Assembly (NCBI GenBank): GCA_039715015.1
Contig: JBDLIE010000023.1
Location: 1 to 39,601, forward strand
Length of the DNA stretch: 39,601 nt
Direction: 5' to 3'
DNA from: Thermodesulfobacteriota bacterium
Lineage (GTDB): Bacteria; Desulfobacterota; Desulfobulbia; Desulfobulbales; SURF-16
The notes beneath the pieces are model-generated. The model saw only the letters and a program-made list of their open reading frames with translations, was not told where the DNA came from and searched no databases. Below, one piece after another: positions 17,862-25,972 of this stretch. The translations under genes were made by a program, and so were the position numbers. The stretch's first letter is position 1; every line of letters starts with the position of its first letter.

Positions 17862-17911
17862 TAAACAAAAAAAACCTGCTTGAATAATTTCAAGCAGGTT
17901 TTTTTTGTTTA
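17862..17911. terminator. Bidirectional rho-independent terminator between convergent operons
   Basis: Perfect 23-bp inverted repeat TAAACAAAAAAAACCTGCTTGAA / TTCAAGCAGGTTTTTTTTGTTTA, 4-nt loop, A- and T-tracts on both sides. Confidence 0.92.
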
Positions 17912-17936
17912 AGATATGAAATTTTTTCACGAAGAA

Positions 17937-18659
17937 TCAGCTCAACAAAGGTCCAACCTCCTGTTTAAACTCATCTTCTAACCGGCTGTCGCCAATTTCT
18001 TTCAAGAGGAACTCCATAAGTTCACCAAAACGATCTTTAGAAGGAGATCCGCCAGCCACCCATTTTTCAACACAGTCCCGGACAACCATGTTGCCAACAG
18101 GACCTATGGCGCGGGCCATGGAATCCTCCAACTTCCTGGCAATAGCAGCAAAAGGGCCTTCACTCATCAATTTATCAACATCAATGACTTTCGCCTTTGG
18201 TTTCGGAGCAGGTTTTGCCCCAGCAGGAGATGCTGTTTTCCTTGCTTGAGGTTGGGAGGCTGCTGGTTTTGCCTGATCTTGCAATTGCGACAGATCAGGT
18301 TTCGCTGTCACCAAATCAACCGCAGCCTTGAGCTCTGCGATAAGCATTGAGGTTGTCATGTTGACAAGGGGCATGCTGACTTCTGGTTCGCAAACTGTAA
18401 CCAATGTCCCCTGTTCGTCAATTTTTTTCAGGAGCATCAGATACTCACTGTTTCTAATCTCGTAGCTCATCACCCCAAGTTCTAATGTGGTTGGGTTAGA
18501 AAAAAAACGTTTCAAAAACGTTCCAACCCTTTCCATGGAAGGGACAGTAAGGGTAGTAGCTGGAGGCATATCACAGGCCACAACCCCGAATTTATCTGTA
18601 TAGACAAATGCCCCGAGTACTCCATTGAGCATCTTTATTTCTTGTAATAAGTCGTTCAT
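17937..18659 (-). CDS. Roadblock/LC7-like N-terminal domain + Pro/Ala/Lys linker + small helical 'IGP' domain
   Basis: LLQEIKMLNGVLGAFVY...GVV and LVTVCEPEVSMPLVNM roadblock pattern; C-terminal LEDSMARAIGPVGNMVV...L.KEI....EDEF; SD GGAG. Confidence 0.7.
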   Translation of the reverse strand: MNDLLQEIKMLNGVLGAFVYTDKFGVVACDMPPATTLTVPSMERVGTFLKRFFSNPTTLELGVMSYEIRNSEYLMLLKKIDEQGTLVTVCEPEVSMPLVNMTTSMLIAELKAAVDLVTAKPDLSQLQDQAKPAASQPQARKTASPAGAKPAPKPKAKVIDVDKLMSEGPFAAIARKLEDSMARAIGPVGNMVVRDCVEKWVAGGSPSKDRFGELMEFLLKEIGDSRLEDEFKQEVGPLLS

Positions 18660-18762
18660 TTACGCTCCCAGTCTGAAATCTCTGCCAAAGTTCTCTATAA
18701 GATCACAACTTGTCATAAAGCGATGGGAGACAAGTCCTCAGTTCTTTGAATAAATTGTTTAA

Positions 18763-19953
18763 TTACAAATTGATTCTCTGCACCATGGGCCGCATGCCAT
18801 CTGCGATTTTCCCGGCTGATGCGTCGTTAGAAAGCTCTATACCAAGAATAATCTGAGGCCCGGGAACAATAAGAATCTTGCTTCCAGTTCTCTTATTAAT
18901 CACTAAACTCTGGGGCGCAGAAATGCCTAAGTCATCATTAAGTTTCTCTGTCTCGGAGAGTAAAATTGTAATGTATGGTCCAAATTCACTGCCATTTTGA
19001 TGTTCGGCAAGCAGAAGCCCTTCCCTGTTCAAGATGGCCAACCGGGTGACGCCATCCATTGAGGTTAAAGCATCAAACATAGGCGTAATCGCTGGAGGAA
19101 TTTCTGGTCCTTCAGGCTCTGAAGCTAAGGAAGCTGGATCTATCTCTTGGGCTATCCCTTCTGCTGTTTCTGCAGGTTGAGCTAGAGAAGCAGGATCTAT
19201 CTCCTGGGCAACTCCCTCTGCCGGTGCTTCTGTTTTTTTCTTTTTCTCATCCTTATCAAGCTCACCACCCCCAGCCTCACGTTCTTTCCGTTCATCCTTC
19301 ATGCGGGCAGATTCAATGAGAACAAAACCCAGTGGCGCATCAATAATTTTTTCCCTTTGACGGCAAAGATGCTGAATCTCTATTTCCACCGGGTCCCAAC
19401 AGGCAATCTCTAGGGCTGCCTCCTGGCCCTGAAGGGTTTCAGTGAAAGCATTCATCAACTCTCCTTCAAAAAAGAAAATGGTGCCCACATGCTCTCCTGA
19501 GCTGACATTGAGAGTACAGGTTTTCTTATCAAGGGAGAGAAGCTGCATAAAAGAGGCCAGGGAGACCCCGGTTATATGCCCTTTCTCTGCAGCGGCAAGG
19601 CCTTCATTGACCTTTTCGATAAGGACATCAAAATCAATGGGCTTTTCAATGTATTGAAAGGCCCCCAGGCTATCGAGCCGTTCTTCTATCTCTGAGGAAC
19701 CAAAGGCTGTCATCACAATAACCGGGATATCAGCATGAGCGGCGCTCAGATGGGCGAGGAGTTCAAAGCCGTCCATGTCAGGCATCTTGATATCCGTAAT
19801 GACCAGATTCACCTCTCCTCTATCCATAACAGCCACTGCCTCTTTGCCGTTATGGGCAGTGGCTATGGAAAAAGACTCACTGAACTCTTTGAGTCCATCC
19901 TCAAGACTCAATAAAAAATTATTCTCATCATCGACAATTAATATTTTTTTCAT
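18763..19953 (-). CDS. Response regulator: REC - DUF4388 (PATAN) - acidic linker - roadblock-like domain
   Basis: ILIVDD, ITDIKMPDMDG (phospho-Asp), VMTA, IEKP intact; GHITGVSLASFMQLLSLDKKTCTL...G.IFF.EGEL..A is DUF4388-like; C-terminal L.SMDGV....ILNREG roadblock-like; start at ATG 19953 (AGGA SD). Confidence 0.85.
   Translation of the reverse strand: MKKILIVDDENNFLLSLEDGLKEFSESFSIATAHNGKEAVAVMDRGEVNLVITDIKMPDMDGFELLAHLSAAHADIPVIVMTAFGSSEIEERLDSLGAFQYIEKPIDFDVLIEKVNEGLAAAEKGHITGVSLASFMQLLSLDKKTCTLNVSSGEHVGTIFFFEGELMNAFTETLQGQEAALEIACWDPVEIEIQHLCRQREKIIDAPLGFVLIESARMKDERKEREAGGGELDKDEKKKKTEAPAEGVAQEIDPASLAQPAETAEGIAQEIDPASLASEPEGPEIPPAITPMFDALTSMDGVTRLAILNREGLLLAEHQNGSEFGPYITILLSETEKLNDDLGISAPQSLVINKRTGSKILIVPGPQIILGIELSNDASAGKIADGMRPMVQRINL
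19123..19221 (-). repeat. Intragenic tandem duplication (57-nt period) encoding AEG(V/I)AQEIDPASLA twice
   Basis: 19123-19164 and 19180-19221 are near-identical, differing mostly at synonymous positions. Confidence 0.9.
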
Positions 19954-19985
19954 ACTCTTTCCTAAGAAAAGCGTGGATTCAAAAC

Positions 19986-22307
19986 CTATTTTGCACAGGT
20001 GGCGCGGATTTGTATGAGGTCTGTATGACCCTGCACTACTTTCCAAATACCGTCCTGCATCAACGTCGTCATACCACCGGCCATGGCTTCATCTCGGATT
20101 TGGGCAACAGGAGAATTTTCTGCAATTTTCAGCTGCAGGGCATCATTGTTGGCCAGCAGCTCATGCACGGCTAAACGGCCTTTATACCCTGAGTGTTGGC
20201 ATTTAGGGCAGCCTTTGCTGCGGTATAAGTCACTATTAAGTTCTTCGTTTGTTAAAGGATAGACCTCATGTTCCCCATAGAGACTGAGGATGAGATCTTT
20301 CTCCTCCTGATCCGGCTGATATTTCTCCTTGCAATGCACACAGAGACGGCGAACCAAGCGTTGGGCCAGTACACCAAGAAGCGAGTCAGCAAAATTAAAT
20401 GGGTCAATACCCATACCAAGCAAACGTGTAACTGTTTCAGGGGCCGAGTTTGTATGCAAGGTTGAGAAAACCAAATGCCCTGTCAAGGCTGCCTCGACAA
20501 CTATCTCAGCGGTTTCTTCATCACGTGTCTCACCAACCATGATTACATCGGGATCAGCACGGAGAAAGGCCCTCAATACTCTGGCAAAATCAAGATCAAT
20601 TTTGGGTTGGACCTGCACCTGGCGGAGGCCATCCTGAACAATCTCAACCGGATCCTCGGCAGTCCACACCTTCCTTTGCGGCGTATTTATCTTGGCCAAA
20701 GCCGCATGAAGGGTGGTGGTTTTACCAGATCCTGTCGGGCCGACCACGAGGACCAAGCCATAGGGAATGGCCAGGATTTGCATGAATTTAGTATAGACAT
20801 GTTCAAGGAGTCCCATTTTCTCAAGGGGCATGGCGCCACTTGCTGCCAGGAGACGAAGAACCGCATCCTCGTTGCCGCCAACAGTTGGCAGGGTTGCCAC
20901 CCTGAGCTCAATAATCTTGCCGGTTCGGGTCTTAAATTTTATCTTTCCATCCTGAGGCATCCTGCGTTCAGAGATATCCAGTTTGGAGATAATTTTGATG
21001 CGGGCAACAAGGGGGCGTTTAAACTGGGCCGGTACAGTCTTATAATGAATGCATTCGCCATCAACCCGGAAACGGATGAGAACGCCTCGTTTACCTGGTT
21101 TGGCCTCTATGTGGATATCAGAGGCATCCTTGACATAGGCATCCTCAATGATCTTATTGACCATCTGAACGACAACACCTTCGGCGACTGCGCCGGTATC
21201 CTCAACAACCTCCTCTTCCTCTGCTTCCTCGACAAGTTCCAGCTGCTCAAAAAGGTCATCATCTTCTTCCATACCAGCAGAAGTTTCTTCCATGCCGTAA
21301 TAGACATCGATAATCTTGTCGATGTCATCTTTCAGAGCCACAGCAAGCTCAATGCCTGTGACATTGAGCGACATCTTAACGTTGTCGGCCCGCACGCTGT
21401 CAGTGGGGTTATCTATGGCCAGCAGAAGATTATGATCCTCATCGTAGAGAGGAACACATTTATTGGTGCGAAAAAATTTCTCTGTGATCCCCTTCACACA
21501 ACTCGGCTGAGGTCCAACATTTCCCTCAGTATATTCCACAAAGGGACAGCCATAATATTCACTTAAGGATTTACAGAGCTCTGTTTTTTCAACACTATAA
21601 CTTTCTATAAGAACAGCTTCGATGGATTTATTCTGCTGTTTCGCAGTTTTCCGTGCCTGTTCAAGATCATTGGTGACAAGATAACCACCACCAATGAGAC
21701 GGAAGAAACGACCCGACTTCTCGGCATTTTGCTTGACAAGGTTTAACCTTTTTCCAGCATCACGAAAAGTGGCATCCAATGAGCAGACAGCCTCAAGAGC
21801 CCGCATGGACTCCTTCATATTGCCATTTTGCTCCTGGGTGACGGCAAGACGATCAAGGATATCTAAACGATCCTTGTCTTCAAGGCCGACATCGCTTAAG
21901 GCCTTTTCAAAATAATCAACAGCCTCATAGGGTTTTTCGAGACGATTATAGCACTGACCAATACGGAAACTGATGAGTCCAGGCTGGATGCTGGACTCAA
22001 ATAGCTTGTGCAGTTCATCAATGGCCTCCTGGAAGAAGCCCGCTTCAACAAGGCCATCACAATTTTCAAGAAGCCCATTGTCGTCAGAACTGCTGGCAGG
22101 AGATACTTCTTTTTCGTGAACCTCTGTTGGTCCACGGGCAGAATCTAAACGCTCTTTGATCTGGTTATAAAGCTTGGAATGCTTTTCTGCATCAAGCTTA
22201 GCAAGCAGTTCCTCATAAATGCCACAAGCTTCACTATCGAGGCCATGTGTTTTATAGAGTTCAGCTTCGGCAAGCCGATCTTCAAAATAATGCTTAGATT
22301 CTGACAT
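19986..22307 (-). CDS. PilB/GspE (PulE) family secretion ATPase with N-terminal TPR region
   Basis: ASDIHIE, LDISERRMPQDG, Walker A GPTGSGKT, Asp box TAEDPVE, LRADPDVIMVGETRD, His box TGHLVFSTLHTN, CxxC...CxxC Zn site; TPR-like helices in the first ~190 aa; alternative GTG start at 22346. Confidence 0.92.
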   Translation of the reverse strand: MSESKHYFEDRLAEAELYKTHGLDSEACGIYEELLAKLDAEKHSKLYNQIKERLDSARGPTEVHEKEVSPASSSDDNGLLENCDGLVEAGFFQEAIDELHKLFESSIQPGLISFRIGQCYNRLEKPYEAVDYFEKALSDVGLEDKDRLDILDRLAVTQEQNGNMKESMRALEAVCSLDATFRDAGKRLNLVKQNAEKSGRFFRLIGGGYLVTNDLEQARKTAKQQNKSIEAVLIESYSVEKTELCKSLSEYYGCPFVEYTEGNVGPQPSCVKGITEKFFRTNKCVPLYDEDHNLLLAIDNPTDSVRADNVKMSLNVTGIELAVALKDDIDKIIDVYYGMEETSAGMEEDDDLFEQLELVEEAEEEEVVEDTGAVAEGVVVQMVNKIIEDAYVKDASDIHIEAKPGKRGVLIRFRVDGECIHYKTVPAQFKRPLVARIKIISKLDISERRMPQDGKIKFKTRTGKIIELRVATLPTVGGNEDAVLRLLAASGAMPLEKMGLLEHVYTKFMQILAIPYGLVLVVGPTGSGKTTTLHAALAKINTPQRKVWTAEDPVEIVQDGLRQVQVQPKIDLDFARVLRAFLRADPDVIMVGETRDEETAEIVVEAALTGHLVFSTLHTNSAPETVTRLLGMGIDPFNFADSLLGVLAQRLVRRLCVHCKEKYQPDQEEKDLILSLYGEHEVYPLTNEELNSDLYRSKGCPKCQHSGYKGRLAVHELLANNDALQLKIAENSPVAQIRDEAMAGGMTTLMQDGIWKVVQGHTDLIQIRATCAK

Positions 22308-22386
22308 GGGAATTTTGGGTAAAAGCTGGGAAACGTTCCAAAACACATCTCAACTAGATATGCACTTTTAGTTCCTTAAAATTGAG

Positions 22387-24003
22387 TTACAGTCTGGTGA
22401 TATCTACTACAGGGATGGGGTCTCCGAACTCAGAAGAAATCGTACCACTAAGCAAATCTCCTTCACGGCTCGTGCTGGGAGTCCAATTATACTGATTACC
22501 GATTTCCAGTTCTTCAAGAGGAGATTGCACCAAAACAACCCCCCCTTTAGCTGCCTGGAAAAGAATGACTATCTGTTTTCCCTCTCTGCCGGAGGCCGGC
22601 ACAGGAATATCTAGAACAGGGAACTCCAAAGTTGCCAACTCCTTATTAGTCTTCTCCAGCAATCCACCACGAAATTTTGCCCTTAAGCCGGACCAGAACC
22701 AGCCCTTAAGTTTTTTTAATTTCAAAGAATGTTGCCGGGCTAAATTTCCCATCCCAAATCCAGCTTTTGCCGTAAAGCAAACTTGGTCTGGGATAAATGC
22801 AACATGTTCTCCTCGCCAACGCCCCACCATGAGCATGGGCCATGGAGGTGTTGAAGCGCCTGCAGAAGGCGTCGGAGCAGATTGCGGGGCGCCAGTTGCT
22901 TCAGCAAGTTTTGGCAGGGGTGGCAAGGGACCAAAATTCCCATCAAGGGCAGCTGCCACATAATTAAGCTGCCCCATTAAGCCACTGCGGATTTCGAAAT
23001 GAATAGTATGTAACTTTTTCTGCCCATCCATGTCGGCGAATAATTTCTCAATGGGAGCAATACGTCGAGCACAATGGTTAAGAACCTGCAAATGATACTG
23101 CATGAGCATCTTGCATTCGTTTCCAAGCTTAATACTAATAGAGACCGGGCCTGTCACAGGCATAACATTGCTGTAACGACCACCTAACGCAGCCTTCAGT
23201 TGGTCGCACTGTTCTGCAAGTTGCTCCCTTACGGATTTAATAACAACATGGAGTTTGGCCACGCTGGCTGTCTTGCCAAAAAAATTCTCCACAGGAAGGA
23301 GACGTTTTTTAACAAGCTGGTCAAGGCGGCCGATATGATTTTTCAGGGCAACTTGAAAATCTTGGGGAAGGGGGGCAACAGCAGGTGCAGCAGGTGCAGT
23401 TGGAGCAACAGCTGGGGCTCCTTCTTGGGCAGGAAGTACAGACTTCAGAGCATTCTGGGCCTGCTCCAGCTGGGTTCTTGTCTCGGCGCTGTATGGTTGG
23501 CCCTCACGGGCAGCAGCCTTGAGGGCGGTCAAACTACTTTTTAAGGCAAGGGGACCTGAGGTAGGCACACTTTCCGGTGCGTCACTCATGACGGCAAGGA
23601 CATTATGCATCAATGAGATAACCCCACCCTCACCCACTAAAGGCCCAAGATCATAGGCGCGTGCCGTTTTATCTAGCAAGTCACGCATATTTCCGGCATT
23701 TGAACGGCTTACCTCCCAATCAAGTGTCATCAGTGACTGATCAAGCTTGCTGAGCAACTCATGGCTTGGCGCACTTGGAGCAGGGGCAGCCGCAGCTGCT
23801 GTAGGTGCTGCCTGGCCGCCGCCTTGGCTTTCTAACTCTAGAGCAGGAGACTCTGCTGCCATGGGAGCGGGACTCCCTATATCCTTCACCTCATTGGTGG
23901 CCGGGTCTATTTCAATCTGGCGAACTGCATTAAAAAGGTCATCAACGGCATCTGAAATTTTTGCGTTAAAATCGCCTTGATCGTCAAGTTCATTACTGCC
24001 CAT
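22387..24003 (-). CDS. Hypothetical protein of the mgl operon: helical domains, internal duplication, CheW-like C-terminus
   Basis: Long ORF with SD AAGGAG (9-nt spacing to ATG 24003; alternative ATG 24009); LDWE-containing helical bundle; two ~65-aa repeats; C-terminal beta domain ending G..IPVVDITRL. Confidence 0.75.
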   Translation of the reverse strand: MGSNELDDQGDFNAKISDAVDDLFNAVRQIEIDPATNEVKDIGSPAPMAAESPALELESQGGGQAAPTAAAAAPAPSAPSHELLSKLDQSLMTLDWEVSRSNAGNMRDLLDKTARAYDLGPLVGEGGVISLMHNVLAVMSDAPESVPTSGPLALKSSLTALKAAAREGQPYSAETRTQLEQAQNALKSVLPAQEGAPAVAPTAPAAPAVAPLPQDFQVALKNHIGRLDQLVKKRLLPVENFFGKTASVAKLHVVIKSVREQLAEQCDQLKAALGGRYSNVMPVTGPVSISIKLGNECKMLMQYHLQVLNHCARRIAPIEKLFADMDGQKKLHTIHFEIRSGLMGQLNYVAAALDGNFGPLPPLPKLAEATGAPQSAPTPSAGASTPPWPMLMVGRWRGEHVAFIPDQVCFTAKAGFGMGNLARQHSLKLKKLKGWFWSGLRAKFRGGLLEKTNKELATLEFPVLDIPVPASGREGKQIVILFQAAKGGVVLVQSPLEELEIGNQYNWTPSTSREGDLLSGTISSEFGDPIPVVDITRL

Positions 24004-24118
24004 CAGCATTTACTCCTTTTCTATTCACCCTTTTTCCAGATTTCTTTCCGGGGGAAATTTCCTAGGTTCAACTGAAAACTTTTAAAGAAATCGCCAACTC
24101 GGCCCGAGATGAAAACTG

Positions 24119-24733
24119 TTATTTATTAAAAAGATGCTTATTGGCGACGTAGTTTACAGTACGTTTGCTGATCTCTTTAAGGGTCTCAAATACTCCTGGG
24201 CCTTTGGTGGCGGTACACTCGAACCAGGGGACCTGATATTCCTGGTTCAAATCCTGTTCCAGCTCTTCAACTGTCAAGGTAGGAACCGGGGTATCGCAAA
24301 GATCTCGTTTATTATACTGGAGAACAAGGGGCATCTCTTTGAGATCCAGTCCATGGTCAGCAACATTGCGACGTAGATCATCGAGACTCTCGATATTCCG
24401 TTCTTGCCTCACCTTGAGGGGATCCGCAACAAAAACAAGGCCATCAACACCTTTCAGTACCAGTTTTCGGGTGGCCTCATACATTACCTGGCCGGGAACG
24501 GTATAGAGTTGAATGCGAATATCAAAGCCACTAATCTTACCAAGGTTGAGGGGGAGAAGATCAAAAAAGAGCGTTCGATCACCCTTGGTATCAATGGTCA
24601 GCATCTTGCCACGATCATCATCGCTCATGGCATTGTAGATATAGAGAAGATTAGTGGTCTTGCCACATCTTCCCGCACCATAATAAACGATTTTACAGTG
24701 AACTTCTTTCTTTCCAAGGTCAATTAAGGCCAT
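24119..24733 (-). CDS. mglA: MglA small Ras-like GTPase
   Basis: KIVYYGAGRCGKTTNL (G1), DRTLFFD (intrinsic Arg finger), LYTVPGQV (catalytic Gln), LKGVDGLVFVAD, QYNKRDL (G4). Confidence 0.95.
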   Translation of the reverse strand: MALIDLGKKEVHCKIVYYGAGRCGKTTNLLYIYNAMSDDDRGKMLTIDTKGDRTLFFDLLPLNLGKISGFDIRIQLYTVPGQVMYEATRKLVLKGVDGLVFVADPLKVRQERNIESLDDLRRNVADHGLDLKEMPLVLQYNKRDLCDTPVPTLTVEELEQDLNQEYQVPWFECTATKGPGVFETLKEISKRTVNYVANKHLFNK

Positions 24734-24736
24734 TGA

Positions 24737-25132
24737 TTACCCTTCAAAAATCTTATTGATATCCTCAGCCAGCTCTTCAACGCGAACACGAACAAGGCCA
24801 AGGGAAACATCATCAGCGAAAATACTCACCAAAATCATCTCACCACCTAATCTGGCAAAATGGATATTAGCCTTTTCCCCCTTATGGTAAAGCAGAGAAA
24901 AGTCATTTTCACCAATGAGCTTGGCTATCTGAGAGGTGGCCCCAAAATTGGCGGCGGTTAAGGCTGCTAACGAAATGGCATCCAATCCATCAGTATCTTG
25001 ACCGCAGTGGGCCAAAATATTTCCTGCTCCATCAATTACCATAACCGTCTGAACATTCTCACTGATCAGCTTATCGTTGATTATTGACTTCACATCCTCG
25101 ACAGACTCTGCTGTCAAAATCATGTCTGGCAC
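24737..25132 (-). CDS. mglB: MglB roadblock/LC7 GTPase-activating protein
   Basis: ID.AGNI, SLAALTAANFGAT..IAKLIGENDF..L.H.G, F.DDVSLGLVR motifs; 3 nt upstream of mglA; GTG start. Confidence 0.92.
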   Translation of the reverse strand: MPDMILTAESVEDVKSIINDKLISENVQTVMVIDGAGNILAHCGQDTDGLDAISLAALTAANFGATSQIAKLIGENDFSLLYHKGEKANIHFARLGGEMILVSIFADDVSLGLVRVRVEELAEDINKIFEG

Positions 25133-25265
25133 GTACTTTCCCCCTACTTATTTTTTTTAAAAAGTCTCATTCTTCAAGCTTCCATAACAACATACGCATT
25201 ATTACAAGGAAGATAATCCCCTGGTCCATATCAAAAAAACAGAGACAAACCATTCACACAAACGG

Positions 25266-25293
25266 GTTACATCATTGTTAACTTATCGTTACA
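25266..25293. promoter_or_regulatory. Three GTTA(C/A) direct repeats with 11-bp period, putative OmpR/PhoB-type operator
   Basis: GTTACA at 25266, GTTAAC at 25277, GTTACA at 25288, immediately downstream of the mglB -10. Confidence 0.45.
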
Positions 25294-25294
25294 C

Positions 25295-25324
25295 ATTCTA
25301 TGATTTGCCGAAAGGGCTTGTCAA
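25295..25324 (-). promoter_or_regulatory. sigma70 promoter of the mglBA operon
   Basis: Minus strand TTGACA (25324-25319), N18, TAGAAT (25300-25295). Confidence 0.65.
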
Positions 25325-25399
25325 GAAGCGAACATGTTGAAATAACAAAAAAATTGTCAGAAAATCCCTCTACAGCATTTCTAACAACTCTGTCACCCA

Positions 25400-25669
25400 T
25401 TAAGCGCCAGCCCGGTTAAGCCTCTCTTCAACCACCCTGTTCTTTAAGGTACGGCAAACTTCAAAACCATCAATGCCCGGCAGAACTAAATCTAACAGGA
25501 TAAGATCAATTTTCTCCGATCCATCTGTCATCTCTTCTTTTTTGTTAAATAAATCAAGAACTTTCTCTTCTGAGAGGCGCGGCAAAAACCTTATCAAACC
25601 CACCTTGTTCAATACTGCAGTCAGAATCTGCGCTAGCAATGGTGAGTCTTCAATAACGAGTATGGCCAA
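25400..25669 (-). pseudogene. Truncated receiver (REC) domain fragment
   Basis: ILVIEDS and IDLILLDLVLPGIDGFEVCR are present, but the beta4 Thr/Ser and beta5 KP are missing; stop after AGA; TTG start. Confidence 0.6.
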
Positions 25670-25972
25670 GGAAAAATTCCATGCCTGGGTTTAGCCGATC
25701 AATGTAATGTTGGCGAAATGCCCAGAATCTATTAATTACGCGCCAAAACAAAGAGATTGTACCTGATGTGGATACCAACTTCTTGCCAGACTGTCAACAA
25801 ACATCCTTGTTCGCCTAAATGGGGTTATTTCCTTTCACCATGCGTATCCCCACAGCAAACATGACTCAGAGTTTGCCCCAAAAACCTTCCCAAAGAAATC
25901 TCTTGCATAATAGGTGTCAATATCGCCATATACATAACTTGCAATGACATTTTTCAGCCACAAGAAAACCCT

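Noticed and set aside
19954..20046. 31-aa N-terminal extension of the response regulator in the ORF track
   Set aside because: Overlaps the ATPase gene; the REC domain starts at ATG 19953 with its own SD
20475..21566. 363-aa plus-strand ORF
   Set aside because: Antisense shadow of the conserved PilB/GspE ATPase; no motifs
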